Below, in pieces: positions 1-8,199 of a stretch of DNA of 64,000 bases (position 1 is the first letter of the stretch; the number at the start of each line of letters is the position of its first letter). The notes under the pieces were generated by a model that saw only the letters and a program-made list of their open reading frames with translations, ran no database searches and was not told the DNA's origin. This DNA is from an uncultured Candidatus Rokubacteria bacterium (lineage in GTDB: Bacteria > Methylomirabilota > Methylomirabilia > Rokubacteriales > DASRDR01). The stretch covers positions 928,001 through 992,000 of the forward strand of contig CAWGVS010000005.1 of the NCBI GenBank assembly GCA_963826115.1, written 5' to 3'. A program made the position numbers and the translations under genes.

Positions 1-30
1 GGGGAGTCAGCGCGCGGGACGACGCGCTGA

Positions 31-39
31 ATTGTACCA
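31..39 (-). promoter_or_regulatory. Extended -10 (TGgTACAAT) pointing out of the left edge
   Basis: Minus strand reads GTGGTACAAT, followed by inverted repeat TCAGCGCG...CGCGCTGA (7-30). Confidence 0.45.
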
Positions 40-82
40 CCGCGTGCCGACGGGGAAGGCCCGAGCCTCCCTGCGTAGTCCG

Positions 83-205
83 CTAGGGGTTGTCGGCGGT
101 GATGTCGAAGCCCGCGTAGAGGATCTCTTGCTCGAGCTCCTCGGGCGTGAGGACGCGCTCGACGCGCGGACGCTCGTACTCGGGTGCGGCGGGCGCCTCG
201 GTCAT
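83..205 (-). CDS. Putative RiPP precursor peptide, copy 1 (MTEAPAAPEYERPRVERVLTPEELEQEILYAG-FDITADNP)
   Basis: 40-aa ORF, ATG at 205 with GAGG RBS upstream, TAG at 83-85; leader nearly identical to three neighbouring copies; YxxPxV motif. Confidence 0.8.
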   Translation of the reverse strand: MTEAPAAPEYERPRVERVLTPEELEQEILYAGFDITADNP

Positions 206-285
206 GGCGTCATGCCTCAAGGCGTTGCGGAACCGTGCTCTCCGCGAGGCCCCGGACGACCTCACGGAGCAGCCCCATCGGCCGG

Positions 286-408
286 CTACCCCTCACCGTC
301 GACGCTGTTGTCGCCTGCGTAGAGGATCTCCTGCTCGAGCTCCTCGGGCGTGGGGACGCGCTCGACGCGAGGGCGCTCGTACTCGGGTGCGGTGGGCACC
401 TCGGTCAT
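286..408 (-). CDS. Putative RiPP precursor peptide, copy 2 (MTEVPTAPEYERPRVERVPTPEELEQEILYAG-DNSVDGEG)
   Basis: Translated by hand (absent from the ORF track); ATG at 408 with GAGG RBS, TAG at 286-288; same leader with an L19P change. Confidence 0.8.
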   Translation of the reverse strand: MTEVPTAPEYERPRVERVPTPEELEQEILYAGDNSVDGEG

Positions 409-488
409 GGCGTCATGCCTCAAGGCGTGGCGGAACCGTGCTCTTCGTGAGGCCCCGGACGGCCTCGCGGAGCGGCCTCATCGGTCGG

Positions 489-614
489 CTAGCCGTCGCC
501 GTCGATGCTGTTGTCGGTGCCGGCGTAGAGGATCTCTTGCTCGAGTTCCTCGGGCGTGAGGACGCGCTCGACACGCGGGCGCTCGTACTCGGATGCGGCG
601 GGCGTCTCGGCCAT
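489..614 (-). CDS. Putative RiPP precursor peptide, copy 3 (MAETPAASEYERPRVERVLTPEELEQEILYAG-TDNSIDGDG)
   Basis: 41-aa ORF, AGGAGG RBS upstream of ATG at 614, TAG at 489-491. Confidence 0.8.
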   Translation of the reverse strand: MAETPAASEYERPRVERVLTPEELEQEILYAGTDNSIDGDG

Positions 615-694
615 GGCGTCATGCCTCCTGGCGTGGCGGAACCGTCTTGTCCGTGAGACCCCGGGCGACCTCGCGGAGCGGCCCCATCCGCTGG

Positions 695-817
695 CTAGCT
701 GTCGCCGACGACGCTGTTGTCGCCGGCGTAGAGGATCTCCTGCTCGAGTTCTTCGGGCGTGAGGACGCGCTCGACACGCGGGCGCTCGTACTCGGATGCG
801 GCGGGCGTCTCGACCAT
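695..817 (-). CDS. Putative RiPP precursor peptide, copy 4 (MVETPAASEYERPRVERVLTPEELEQEILYAG-DNSVVGDS)
   Basis: 40-aa ORF, AGGAGG RBS upstream of ATG at 817, TAG at 695-697. Confidence 0.8.
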   Translation of the reverse strand: MVETPAASEYERPRVERVLTPEELEQEILYAGDNSVVGDS

Positions 818-876
818 GGCGCAAGACCTCCTGGCGCGAGTGGACCCGGAGTCTCCGTGAACACCAACGACTGCAG

Positions 877-882
877 ATTTTA
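877..882 (-). promoter_or_regulatory. Candidate -10 element (TAAAAT) for the peptide array
   Basis: Only AT-rich patch upstream of copy 4, about 60 nt before its ATG; no clear -35. Confidence 0.45.
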
Positions 883-924
883 CCCCAGGCGCGGGCCCGG
901 TGGCCCGGAAAGATCCGCGCACCG

Positions 925-1314
925 CTAGGGGGTCAAGACTTGCTCCTGTCCGTCCTCGTTCCGGAGCCTGAGCGAGCTCGTCCTGCCCTCGGCCTTCAGC
1001 ACGAGGTACGTGTCCCGCGAGGTGGCGTGTCCGGTGAAGCTGAGCCCGGCGCCCTCATCCGACGCCGCGATCTTGACGGCCGGGCGCCCGTGCGCGTCGA
1101 TCAGGCGGAGGATCACCGTCTCCGGCGTCGCCCCGGCCGGCAGGACCTGGAGGCTCGCCCGCACCCTCCCCTGCTGATCCACGATCTCGAGAGCCTGGGC
1201 CCGGAGCACCGGGGGCGGGCCCTGCGCGCCGCTCGGCCGGCCGTCGGTGAACAGGGCGGTCAGGAGGAGAAGATTCAGGGCCGCGAGGGCCGTGAGCCAT
1301 CGCTCAGTCGTCAC
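925..1314 (-). CDS. Small exported or membrane-anchored hypothetical protein
   Basis: GTG start with GGAGG RBS; N-terminal hydrophobic helix; repeated beta-rich segments (LEIVDQQGRVRASL / LRLIDAHGRPAVKI / LRLRNEDGQ). Confidence 0.75.
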   Translation of the reverse strand: MTTERWLTALAALNLLLLTALFTDGRPSGAQGPPPVLRAQALEIVDQQGRVRASLQVLPAGATPETVILRLIDAHGRPAVKIAASDEGAGLSFTGHATSRDTYLVLKAEGRTSSLRLRNEDGQEQVLTP

Positions 1315-1366
1315 GGGTCCTCCTGCGCTGAGCCGTGGGCCGGCGCCGAGGCCGGCCACGGCGGGC

Positions 1367-2638
1367 CTACGGGTAGAAGCCTCTCAGCTGGAACGCGTCG
1401 GCCACGCGGCGGATGCCCACCATGAGCGCCGCGGTCCGGAGGTCGACGCGCTCTCGCTTCGCCATCGCGCTCACCTGGTTGTACGCGCGGGTCATGAGCT
1501 CCTGGAGCCGCGAGTTGATCTCACTCTCCTTCCAGAAGTGGTACTGGAGCCCCTGCACCCACTCGAAGTACGAGACGATCACGCCGCCCGCGTTGGCGAG
1601 GATGTCCGGGATGACGACGATCCCGCGGTCGGTGAGGATCCCGTCCGCCTCGGGCGTCGTCGGGCCGTTGGCGCCCTCCGCGACGATCTTGGCCCGCACG
1701 CGGTCGGCGTTCTGCTCGGTGATCTGGCCGCCGAGAGCCGCCGGCACGAGAACGTCGCACGGGAGCTCGAGGAGATCGGCGTTCGAGATCGGATCGGCGT
1801 CGGCGAATCCCGCCACCGTGCCGGCCTCCTTGACGTGGAGCGCGAGGGCCCGGATGTCCATGCCGCGCGAGTTGAACACGCCGCCCTTCGCGTCGACCAC
1901 GCCCGTGACCAGCGCCCCTTCCCGCCACAGGACCCGGGCCGTCACCGAGCCTACGTTGCCGAAGCCCTGGATGGCCACGCGCGCGCCGCGGAGCTCGAGC
2001 CGGGCCTCGCGCACGGCCTGGGAGAGGACGTAGACGAGTCCGCGCCCGGTGGCATCCCGGCGTCCGGCGGAGCCGCCGACCAGGATCGGCTTGCCGGTCA
2101 CGACGCCGGGGACCGTGCGCCCCTGGGTCATGGCGTAGGTGTCCATGATCCAGGCCATCGTCTGCTCGTCCGTACCCATGTCAGGGGCCGGGATGTCGAG
2201 GTCCGGTCCGATGAACAGCATCACCTCGGCGGTGTAGCGGCGGGTCATGTGCTCGAGCTCCTGCCGGCTCATCGTCCCGGGGTTGCAGGCGACGCCGCCC
2301 TTGGCCCCGCCGTACGGGAGCTGCATGAGCGCGCATTTCCAGCTCATCAGCATCGCGAGCGCCGACACCTCGGGGAGCGAGACGCCCGGGTGATAGCGGA
2401 TGCCGCCCTTCGTGGGGCCGAGGATCGTGCAGTGGTGGACCCGGTAGCCGAGGAAGACCTCGGTGCGGCCGTCGTCCATGCGCGTGGGGACGCTGACGAC
2501 GAGGGCTCGGCGGGGATACCTCAGGCGCTCGTGGATGCCCGGGTCGAGGGCCAGCCGCTTGGCGACGGCGTCCAGCTGCTGGAGCGCGGTGCGATACGAC
2601 TCCGAGCTCTCGAAGGTGTCCTCTTTGCTCCCGGTCAT
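1367..2638 (-). CDS. gdhA: Glu/Leu/Phe/Val dehydrogenase (glutamate dehydrogenase)
   Basis: GPTKGGIRYHP, GGAKGG, PAPDMGT, GFGNVG, EGANGP, NAGGVIVSYFEW motifs. Confidence 0.93.
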   Translation of the reverse strand: MTGSKEDTFESSESYRTALQQLDAVAKRLALDPGIHERLRYPRRALVVSVPTRMDDGRTEVFLGYRVHHCTILGPTKGGIRYHPGVSLPEVSALAMLMSWKCALMQLPYGGAKGGVACNPGTMSRQELEHMTRRYTAEVMLFIGPDLDIPAPDMGTDEQTMAWIMDTYAMTQGRTVPGVVTGKPILVGGSAGRRDATGRGLVYVLSQAVREARLELRGARVAIQGFGNVGSVTARVLWREGALVTGVVDAKGGVFNSRGMDIRALALHVKEAGTVAGFADADPISNADLLELPCDVLVPAALGGQITEQNADRVRAKIVAEGANGPTTPEADGILTDRGIVVIPDILANAGGVIVSYFEWVQGLQYHFWKESEINSRLQELMTRAYNQVSAMAKRERVDLRTAALMVGIRRVADAFQLRGFYP

Positions 2639-2818
2639 GCGAGACTCCTCCCAGGCGCGCACGATGCGAGCGGCGCTGCCCATGGCATGGTCTCACGACC
2701 GACCGGGAGGCGCCGCAAGGAGGAAACCCGACGGGACGGTCAAAATGCGAGAGGCGGGGTGGTCACCTCAGCGGCACGAAATGCCGCGAGTGACCCTTCC
2801 CCGCCTCTGGCGGAAAAC

Positions 2819-2893
<75 letters not shown>

Positions 2894-2904
2894 GCGATGT
2901 CCGG

Positions 2905-2933
2905 ATTCTAGCAGGGCGCCTCCGGAGGGTCAA
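2905..2933 (-). promoter_or_regulatory. sigma70 promoter of tRNA-Gly
   Basis: TTGACC-N17-TAGAAT just upstream of the tRNA. Confidence 0.75.
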
Positions 2934-2948
2934 CGCGAGCGCGCCGCG

Positions 2949-3962
2949 TCAGCTCCGCGCCGCCTCGGGCGCCGCCCCGGCCCGGCGGAGGAACCGCGCC
3001 GCGTCCTCGGGCGGGGTCGGGTTGATGAAGAACCCGGTGCCGAGCTCGAACCCCGCCAGCCGCGTGAGCTTCGGCATGAGCTCGAGGTGCCAGTGGAAGT
3101 GCTCGGGGTCCGGGTTCCGGAGGGGCGCCGTGTGGAGCGCGAAGTTGTACGGCGGATCGGCGAAGAGCCGCCCGAGCCGAGCGAGCAGCTCCCGGAGGAG
3201 CCGCGCGAGGGCGTCGATCTCGTCCGTCTCGAGGCTCTCGAAGCTCGCCCGGTGAGTGGTCGGGAGCACCCACGTCTCGTACGGGAAGCGGGCAGCGTAG
3301 GGCGTCACCGCGACGAACCCGTCCTCTTCGAGGACCAGGCGGGTGCCGTCCCGCCGCTCCTGGCGGACGACGTCGCACCAGACGCAGCGCTCCTTCATGC
3401 GGAAGTAACGGAGGGCGCCGTCGAGCTCCTCGGCGACCAGCTCGGGCAGGATCGGCGTCGCGATGAGCTGGGAGTGCGGGTGCTCGAGCGACGCGCCCGC
3501 CTGCACGCCGTGGTTCTTGAAGATCAGGACGTACTCGAGGCGCGGGTCCCGGCGGAGCGCGAGGAGCCGCTCCCGGTACGCCACCAGGACCTCGCCGACG
3601 TGGGCGGCCGGCAGGGTCCCGAGGCTCGCCAAGTGGTCGGGGCTCTCGATCACGACCTCGTGGGCCCCCACCCCGTCGATCCGGTCGTAGATCCCGTCGC
3701 CCGCCGCGTGGACCTCGCCTCCGTCCGCGTGGAGCGCGGGGAACTTGTTGGGCACCACGCGGACCGACCACGGCCCGTCCTCCGAGCCGCCGGACCGGTA
3801 GACCTCGGGCGGCGTGCGGTCCTCGTGCCCCGGGCAGAAGGGGCAGCCCTCGGGCCCCCGCGTCGGCACGATCTCGGGCGCGAAGTCCATCGGCCGCCGC
3901 GCGCGCTCGGTGGCGATGATGACCCAGCGCTCCACCACGGGGTCCTTCCGGAGCTCAGGCAT
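2949..3962 (-). CDS. galT: Galactose-1-phosphate uridylyltransferase
   Basis: ELRKDP, CPFCPG, VPNKFPAL, GASLEHPHSQ (HPH active site). Confidence 0.92.
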   Translation of the reverse strand: MPELRKDPVVERWVIIATERARRPMDFAPEIVPTRGPEGCPFCPGHEDRTPPEVYRSGGSEDGPWSVRVVPNKFPALHADGGEVHAAGDGIYDRIDGVGAHEVVIESPDHLASLGTLPAAHVGEVLVAYRERLLALRRDPRLEYVLIFKNHGVQAGASLEHPHSQLIATPILPELVAEELDGALRYFRMKERCVWCDVVRQERRDGTRLVLEEDGFVAVTPYAARFPYETWVLPTTHRASFESLETDEIDALARLLRELLARLGRLFADPPYNFALHTAPLRNPDPEHFHWHLELMPKLTRLAGFELGTGFFINPTPPEDAARFLRRAGAAPEAARS

Positions 3963-4995
3963 CGTCCGCTCCCCCGAGGTCGTAGGGCTCCTCCTCGGGG
4001 CGGGTCGAGCGTGACAGGAGCGCGAGGAGCGCCTCGCGGGGCGCCTTCCGCTCGAAGAGCACGGCGGCGACCTCCTCGATCACCGGCGTGGTCACGCCGG
4101 CGCGCCGCGCGAGGGCGACCCCCGCCTGGGCCGTGCGCACGCCCTCGGCGACCGAGCGCGTCCCGGCCTGCCACTCGGCGAGGGACTGCCCGCGGGCGAG
4201 GGCCAGACCGAGCCGGCGGTTCCGCGAGAGCTCCCCCGTGCACGTGAGGATCAGGTCGCCGAGGCCCGCGAGCCCGGCGAACGTGCGCGGCCGCGCGCCG
4301 AGGGCGACGCCGAGGCGCGTGATCTCGGCCAGCCCCCGGGTCAGGAGCGCCGCGCGGGCGTTGTAGCCGAGCTCGAGGCCGTCCGCGATGCCGGTGGCGA
4401 TCGCGATCGCGTTCTTGAGCGCGCCGCCGAGCTCCACGCCCGGCACGTCCGCCTGCGTGTAGAGACGGAACGTGGGCGTCGTCAGGGCGCCCTGGAGCTC
4501 CGTCGCGAGCTCACGGTCGGCCGACGCGAGGACCGCCGCGGTGGGCCGACCGTGGCCGACCTCCAGCGCGAACGTGGGTCCCGACAGCACCGCGACGCGG
4601 CCACGCGCGGCCGGAGGCAGCACCTCGGCGAGGATCTCCGACATCCGCGCGAGACGGTCTTCCTCGATGCCCTTCGCCGCCGACAGCACGCGGGCACCCG
4701 GGCTCAGGTGGGGGACCATCGCGGACGCCACCTGCCGGAAGACGTGTGACGGGACGGCGATCACCACCGTCTCCGCGTCGCCGACGACGGTCGCGAGGTC
4801 CCCGTGCGGCTCGATCGCCTCGGGGAGCCGCACCCCCGGAAGGAACCACGGGTTCTCCGAGGACGCGCGGATGATCGCGAGGAGCTCGGGCTCGAAGACC
4901 CAGAGCCGCGGCGCGAACCCCGCGCGGACCGCCTGGACCGCGAGCGCGGTGCCCCAGGCGCCGGCGCCGACGACCGCGAGCCGCCCGGCCGTCAT
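3955..4995 (-). CDS. gpsA: NAD(P)H-dependent glycerol-3-phosphate dehydrogenase
   Basis: GAGAWGTALA, LSGPTFA, ELGGALKN, GLGDLILTC, SRNRRLG; ATG overlaps the plsY stop. Confidence 0.95.
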   Translation of the reverse strand: MTAGRLAVVGAGAWGTALAVQAVRAGFAPRLWVFEPELLAIIRASSENPWFLPGVRLPEAIEPHGDLATVVGDAETVVIAVPSHVFRQVASAMVPHLSPGARVLSAAKGIEEDRLARMSEILAEVLPPAARGRVAVLSGPTFALEVGHGRPTAAVLASADRELATELQGALTTPTFRLYTQADVPGVELGGALKNAIAIATGIADGLELGYNARAALLTRGLAEITRLGVALGARPRTFAGLAGLGDLILTCTGELSRNRRLGLALARGQSLAEWQAGTRSVAEGVRTAQAGVALARRAGVTTPVIEEVAAVLFERKAPREALLALLSRSTRPEEEPYDLGGADDA

Positions 4996-5612
4996 CGGGG
5001 GCCGCTCGCCGGCGGTGGCGCGGGGGCCGTTACCCGCTCGCCGAACCGAGCCTCCGTGCCCGCCAGGAGCCGCCGGATGTTCTCGTGGTGGCGGGCGATC
5101 ACGATGGCCGCGACGGCAAGGCCGGCGGCCGCGAGCGCCGGCGGGTAGCCGAGGGCCAGGATCGCGATCGGCAGCCCCAGCACCGCGCAGATGGACGCCA
5201 GCGAGACGAACCGGAAGGAGGCGACGAGGACCCCCCACACGACCGCGGCGGGGACCAGCGCCCAGGGCGTGATGCGGAGGAACGCGCCGAGCGCCGTTGC
5301 CACGCCCTTGCCGCCCCGGAAGCCGAGGAACACGGGCCAGCAGTTCCCGACGACCGCGAGCACCGCCCCGGCCGCGGCCCAGGACGGCCCCGGACCCGCG
5401 TGGCCGCCGATCCACGTCGCCGCGTAGCCCTTGGCGACGTCACCGAACAGCGTGGCGAGGGCGGGCGTCCAGCCGGCGGTGCGGAGAACGTTCGTCGCCC
5501 CGATGTTGCCGCTGCCGCGGCGGCGGATGTCGACTCCGAAGATGCGCGCGACGACGAAGCCGACGGGGATGGCGCCCACGAGGTAGGCGCCCAGGAGCCA
5601 GAGGGCGCTCAG
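4992..5612 (-). CDS. plsY: Glycerol-3-phosphate acyltransferase PlsY
   Basis: GSGNIGATNVLR, FRGGKGVAT, RHHENIRRL; start uncertain (CTG at 5612 overlapping the pgsA stop, or GTG at 5579). Confidence 0.92.
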   Translation of the reverse strand: MSALWLLGAYLVGAIPVGFVVARIFGVDIRRRGSGNIGATNVLRTAGWTPALATLFGDVAKGYAATWIGGHAGPGPSWAAAGAVLAVVGNCWPVFLGFRGGKGVATALGAFLRITPWALVPAAVVWGVLVASFRFVSLASICAVLGLPIAILALGYPPALAAAGLAVAAIVIARHHENIRRLLAGTEARFGERVTAPAPPPASGPR

Positions 5613-6187
5613 CGCCAGCGATCCTGTTCCCGGACCAGGGCGTCGACGTCCGAGGCGCGGTAGAAGCGGACGAAGTAGTCGATGCCGGAGAAGACCGTCA
5701 GCGTCAGCGCCGCCCAGAGCATGCCCCGGGACAGGTACACGAACTCCGCGTCGAAGCCGGTGGGGACGCTGCGCTCGAGGATGAGGAGCGTGATCGCCAG
5801 GTACTGGGAGAAGGTCTTGTACTTCCCGAGGTCCGACGCCTCGATCACCATGCCCTGGGCCGCGGACACGCTCCGGAGCCCCGTCACCGCGAACTCCCGC
5901 CCGATCACGATCACGACCATCCAGGCCTCGACCGTGCCGACCTGGACGAGCGAGATGAGGGCGGCCGACACGAGCACCTTGTCGGCGACGGGGTCGAGGA
6001 GCTTCCCGAGCGTGGTGACCTGGCCGCGACGGCGGGCGATCAGCCCGTCCAGCCAGTCGGTGAGGGCGGCGCCGGCGAACAGGAAGGCGGCCACGAGCGC
6101 GTGCGTGGACTCGTTCGAGATCAGGAAGGCGACGACGAGCGGGACGAGGCAGATGCGGCCGACCGTGAGCTGGGTCGGCAGGTTCAC
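5609..6187 (-). CDS. pgsA: CDP-diacylglycerol--glycerol-3-phosphate 3-phosphatidyltransferase
   Basis: MNLPTQLT, TDWLDGLIARR...GKLLDPVADK CDP-alcohol phosphotransferase motif. Confidence 0.93.
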   Translation of the reverse strand: MNLPTQLTVGRICLVPLVVAFLISNESTHALVAAFLFAGAALTDWLDGLIARRRGQVTTLGKLLDPVADKVLVSAALISLVQVGTVEAWMVVIVIGREFAVTGLRSVSAAQGMVIEASDLGKYKTFSQYLAITLLILERSVPTGFDAEFVYLSRGMLWAALTLTVFSGIDYFVRFYRASDVDALVREQDRWR

Positions 6188-6966
6188 GCGCGGCCTCCGT
6201 GCGTGCCCGTCACCGGATCATTATGGCGGGCCGCCCCGAGGGGGGTCAAGTTAACGGCGGCTGGCCGGAGGGCGCCGTCCCGGAGCACCGGGACGACGTC
6301 GTGGACGTCCAGGGCCACGCAGAGGGGCAGGTCGCCCCCCCGCCCCTGCCCCACGAGCGCCTGCGCCCATGCCGCGTCGGCCAGCATAGCGCCCAGGTCG
6401 TCCGCGTAGCGCTCCCAGAGGACCCGCGCCGCCCGCGCGGCGTCGGTCAGCTGGCCGCCCCGCGTCGCGAGCCGCGACACCAGGAGCCCCGCGCAGACCG
6501 CGTCCTCGAGACAGAAGCGGCCTTTCTCTCCGCTGCAGACCAGGAGCACGTCGCCGGGCTCCGAGGCCGCCCAGCGGACGACCGCCCCGGCGTTGGTGAA
6601 TCCTCCCACGGCGACGCGCCGCGCCCCGTGGACGGCCAGGAGAGCCCGGGTGCCGTTGGTGGTGGTGAAGACGACCGTGCGGCCACGGACCCGGTCCGGC
6701 GTGTACTCGGCGGGCGAGTTGCCGTGGTGGAACCCCGGCGGGGGCGCCCCGCCCCGCTCGCCCCCGACGAGGACCGGCCCGCCCTCGACCTCGCGGCCGC
6801 GCGCCCGCGCCTCGTCGGGCGTCGCGACGGGGATCACGGCGGACGCCCCGCCCGCGAGCGCGGCGACGATGGTCGTGGAGGCCCGCACCGCGTCCAGGAC
6901 GATGGCGCTCACGCCGGCGAGCGGGATCCCGCGCACCTCCTCGAGCGTGAGGGCGACGTCGATCAC
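6184..6966 (-). CDS. comB: 2-phosphosulfolactate phosphatase family protein
   Basis: [34 protein letters not shown]; GTG overlaps the argG stop. Confidence 0.88.
   Translation of the reverse strand: MIDVALTLEEVRGIPLAGVSAIVLDAVRASTTIVAALAGGASAVIPVATPDEARARGREVEGGPVLVGGERGGAPPPGFHHGNSPAEYTPDRVRGRTVVFTTTNGTRALLAVHGARRVAVGGFTNAGAVVRWAASEPGDVLLVCSGEKGRFCLEDAVCAGLLVSRLATRGGQLTDAARAARVLWERYADDLGAMLADAAWAQALVGQGRGGDLPLCVALDVHDVVPVLRDGALRPAAVNLTPLGAARHNDPVTGTHGGRA
6220..6249 (-). promoter_or_regulatory. Internal sigma70 promoter for pgsA-plsY-gpsA-galT
   Basis: TTGACC-N18-CATAAT within the 3' end of comB. Confidence 0.55.
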
Positions 6967-8183
6967 GAGGAGCCGGTGGCGCGGTCCTGGTCGCGGAGGG
7001 CGCGGATCCGGAGGCGGAGCGCGTTCAGGCGGATGAAGCCCTCGGCATCCTTCTGGCGGTACACCGAGTCGGCCTCGAAGGTCACCACGTCCTGGCGGTA
7101 GAGCGAGCGCGCCGAGCGGCGGCCGGCGACCGTCACGTTCCCCTTGTAGAGCTTGAGGCGCACGGTGCCGGTAACGTCGCGCTGGGCGTGGTCCATGAGG
7201 ACCTGGAGGGTCTCGCGCTCCGGCGCGTACCAGAAGCCGTAGTAGACCATCTCGGCGTAGCGCGGGACCAGGGAGTCCCGCAGGTGGAGGAGCTCCCGGT
7301 CCATCGTGATGGACTCGAGCGCCCGGTGCGCCGCGTGGAGGATCGTCCCGCCCGGCGTCTCGTAGACGCCGCGAGACTTCATCCCGACGTACCGGTTCTC
7401 CACGAGGTCGACGCGCCCCACCCCGTTCTCGCCGCCGATCCGGTTGAGGCGCTCGAGCAGCGCCACGGGGCCGAGCCTCTGTCCGTCCACGGCGACCGGG
7501 TTTCCGGCCTCGAACTCGATCTCGATCACGGTCGGGAAGTCCGGGGCCTCCTCGGGCGATCGGGTCAGCAGGAACATCTTGTCCGGCGGCTCGACCCACG
7601 GATCCTCGAGGACCCCGCCCTCGTAGGAGATGTGGAAGAGGTTCCGGTCCATCGAGTACGGCCGGGCCGGCGTCGTCGGCACCGGGATCCCGTGGCGCTC
7701 GGCGTAGGCCATGAGGTCCGTGCGCGAGCGGAGGTCCCAGTCCCGCCACGGGGCGACGATCCGGAGGTCCGGCGCGAGCGCCGCGTAGGTGAGCTCGAAC
7801 CGCACCTGGTCGTTCCCCTTGCCGGTCGCGCCGTGGGCCACGGCGTCCGCGCCCTCGGCGCGCGCGACCGCCACCTGCGCCTTCGCGATGAGGGGGCGCG
7901 CGAAGGACGTGCCCAGGAGGTAGCCAGCCTCGTAGGTCGCGTTGGCGCGGAGCACGGGGAAGACGAAGTCCCGGACGAACTCCTCGCGGAGGTCGATGAT
8001 GTGGACGGAGCTGGCGCCGGTCCGGAGCGCCTTCTCGCGGACGGGGATGAGCTCCTCGGCCTGGCCCAGGTCGGCGGTGTAGGCGACGATCTCGGCGCCG
8101 TAGGTCTCCTTCAGCCAGGCCAGGATGACCGAGGTGTCGAGGCCGCCGGAGTACGCCAGGACGATCTTCTTGGGTGCGCTCAT
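6963..8183 (-). CDS. argG: Argininosuccinate synthase
   Basis: [36 protein letters not shown]. Confidence 0.97.
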   Translation of the reverse strand: MSAPKKIVLAYSGGLDTSVILAWLKETYGAEIVAYTADLGQAEELIPVREKALRTGASSVHIIDLREEFVRDFVFPVLRANATYEAGYLLGTSFARPLIAKAQVAVARAEGADAVAHGATGKGNDQVRFELTYAALAPDLRIVAPWRDWDLRSRTDLMAYAERHGIPVPTTPARPYSMDRNLFHISYEGGVLEDPWVEPPDKMFLLTRSPEEAPDFPTVIEIEFEAGNPVAVDGQRLGPVALLERLNRIGGENGVGRVDLVENRYVGMKSRGVYETPGGTILHAAHRALESITMDRELLHLRDSLVPRYAEMVYYGFWYAPERETLQVLMDHAQRDVTGTVRLKLYKGNVTVAGRRSARSLYRQDVVTFEADSVYRQKDAEGFIRLNALRLRIRALRDQDRATGSS

Positions 8184-8199
8184 GTGATGGGCTCCCGGC

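Larger units (their letters stand above)
83..835. repeat. Tandem repeat of four ~203-206 bp units (peptide gene plus conserved ~80 bp spacer)
   Basis: Stop codons at 83, 286, 489, 695 (periods 203, 203, 206); shared blocks such as GTAGAGGATCTC, GCTCGTACTCGG and GCGGAACCGT. Confidence 0.95.

Noticed and set aside
83-817. Canonical lasso peptide precursors
   Set aside because: No Thr at -2, tails too short to thread, and no cyclase or B proteins in the window. Kept only as a lasso-like hypothesis.
83-835. Repeat array as CRISPR
   Set aside because: Units are ~203-206 bp and protein-coding with RBSs, spacers are homologous rather than unique, and there are no cas genes.
32-928. Plus-strand ORFs over the array and the N-terminally extended minus ORFs in the track
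   Set aside because: Shadow frames of the repeat. The real starts are the ATGs at 205, 408, 614 and 817, each preceded by an RBS.
6184-6966. comB as evidence of coenzyme M biosynthesis
   Set aside because: ComB-family phosphatases are widespread in bacteria, and no comA/C/D/E genes are nearby.
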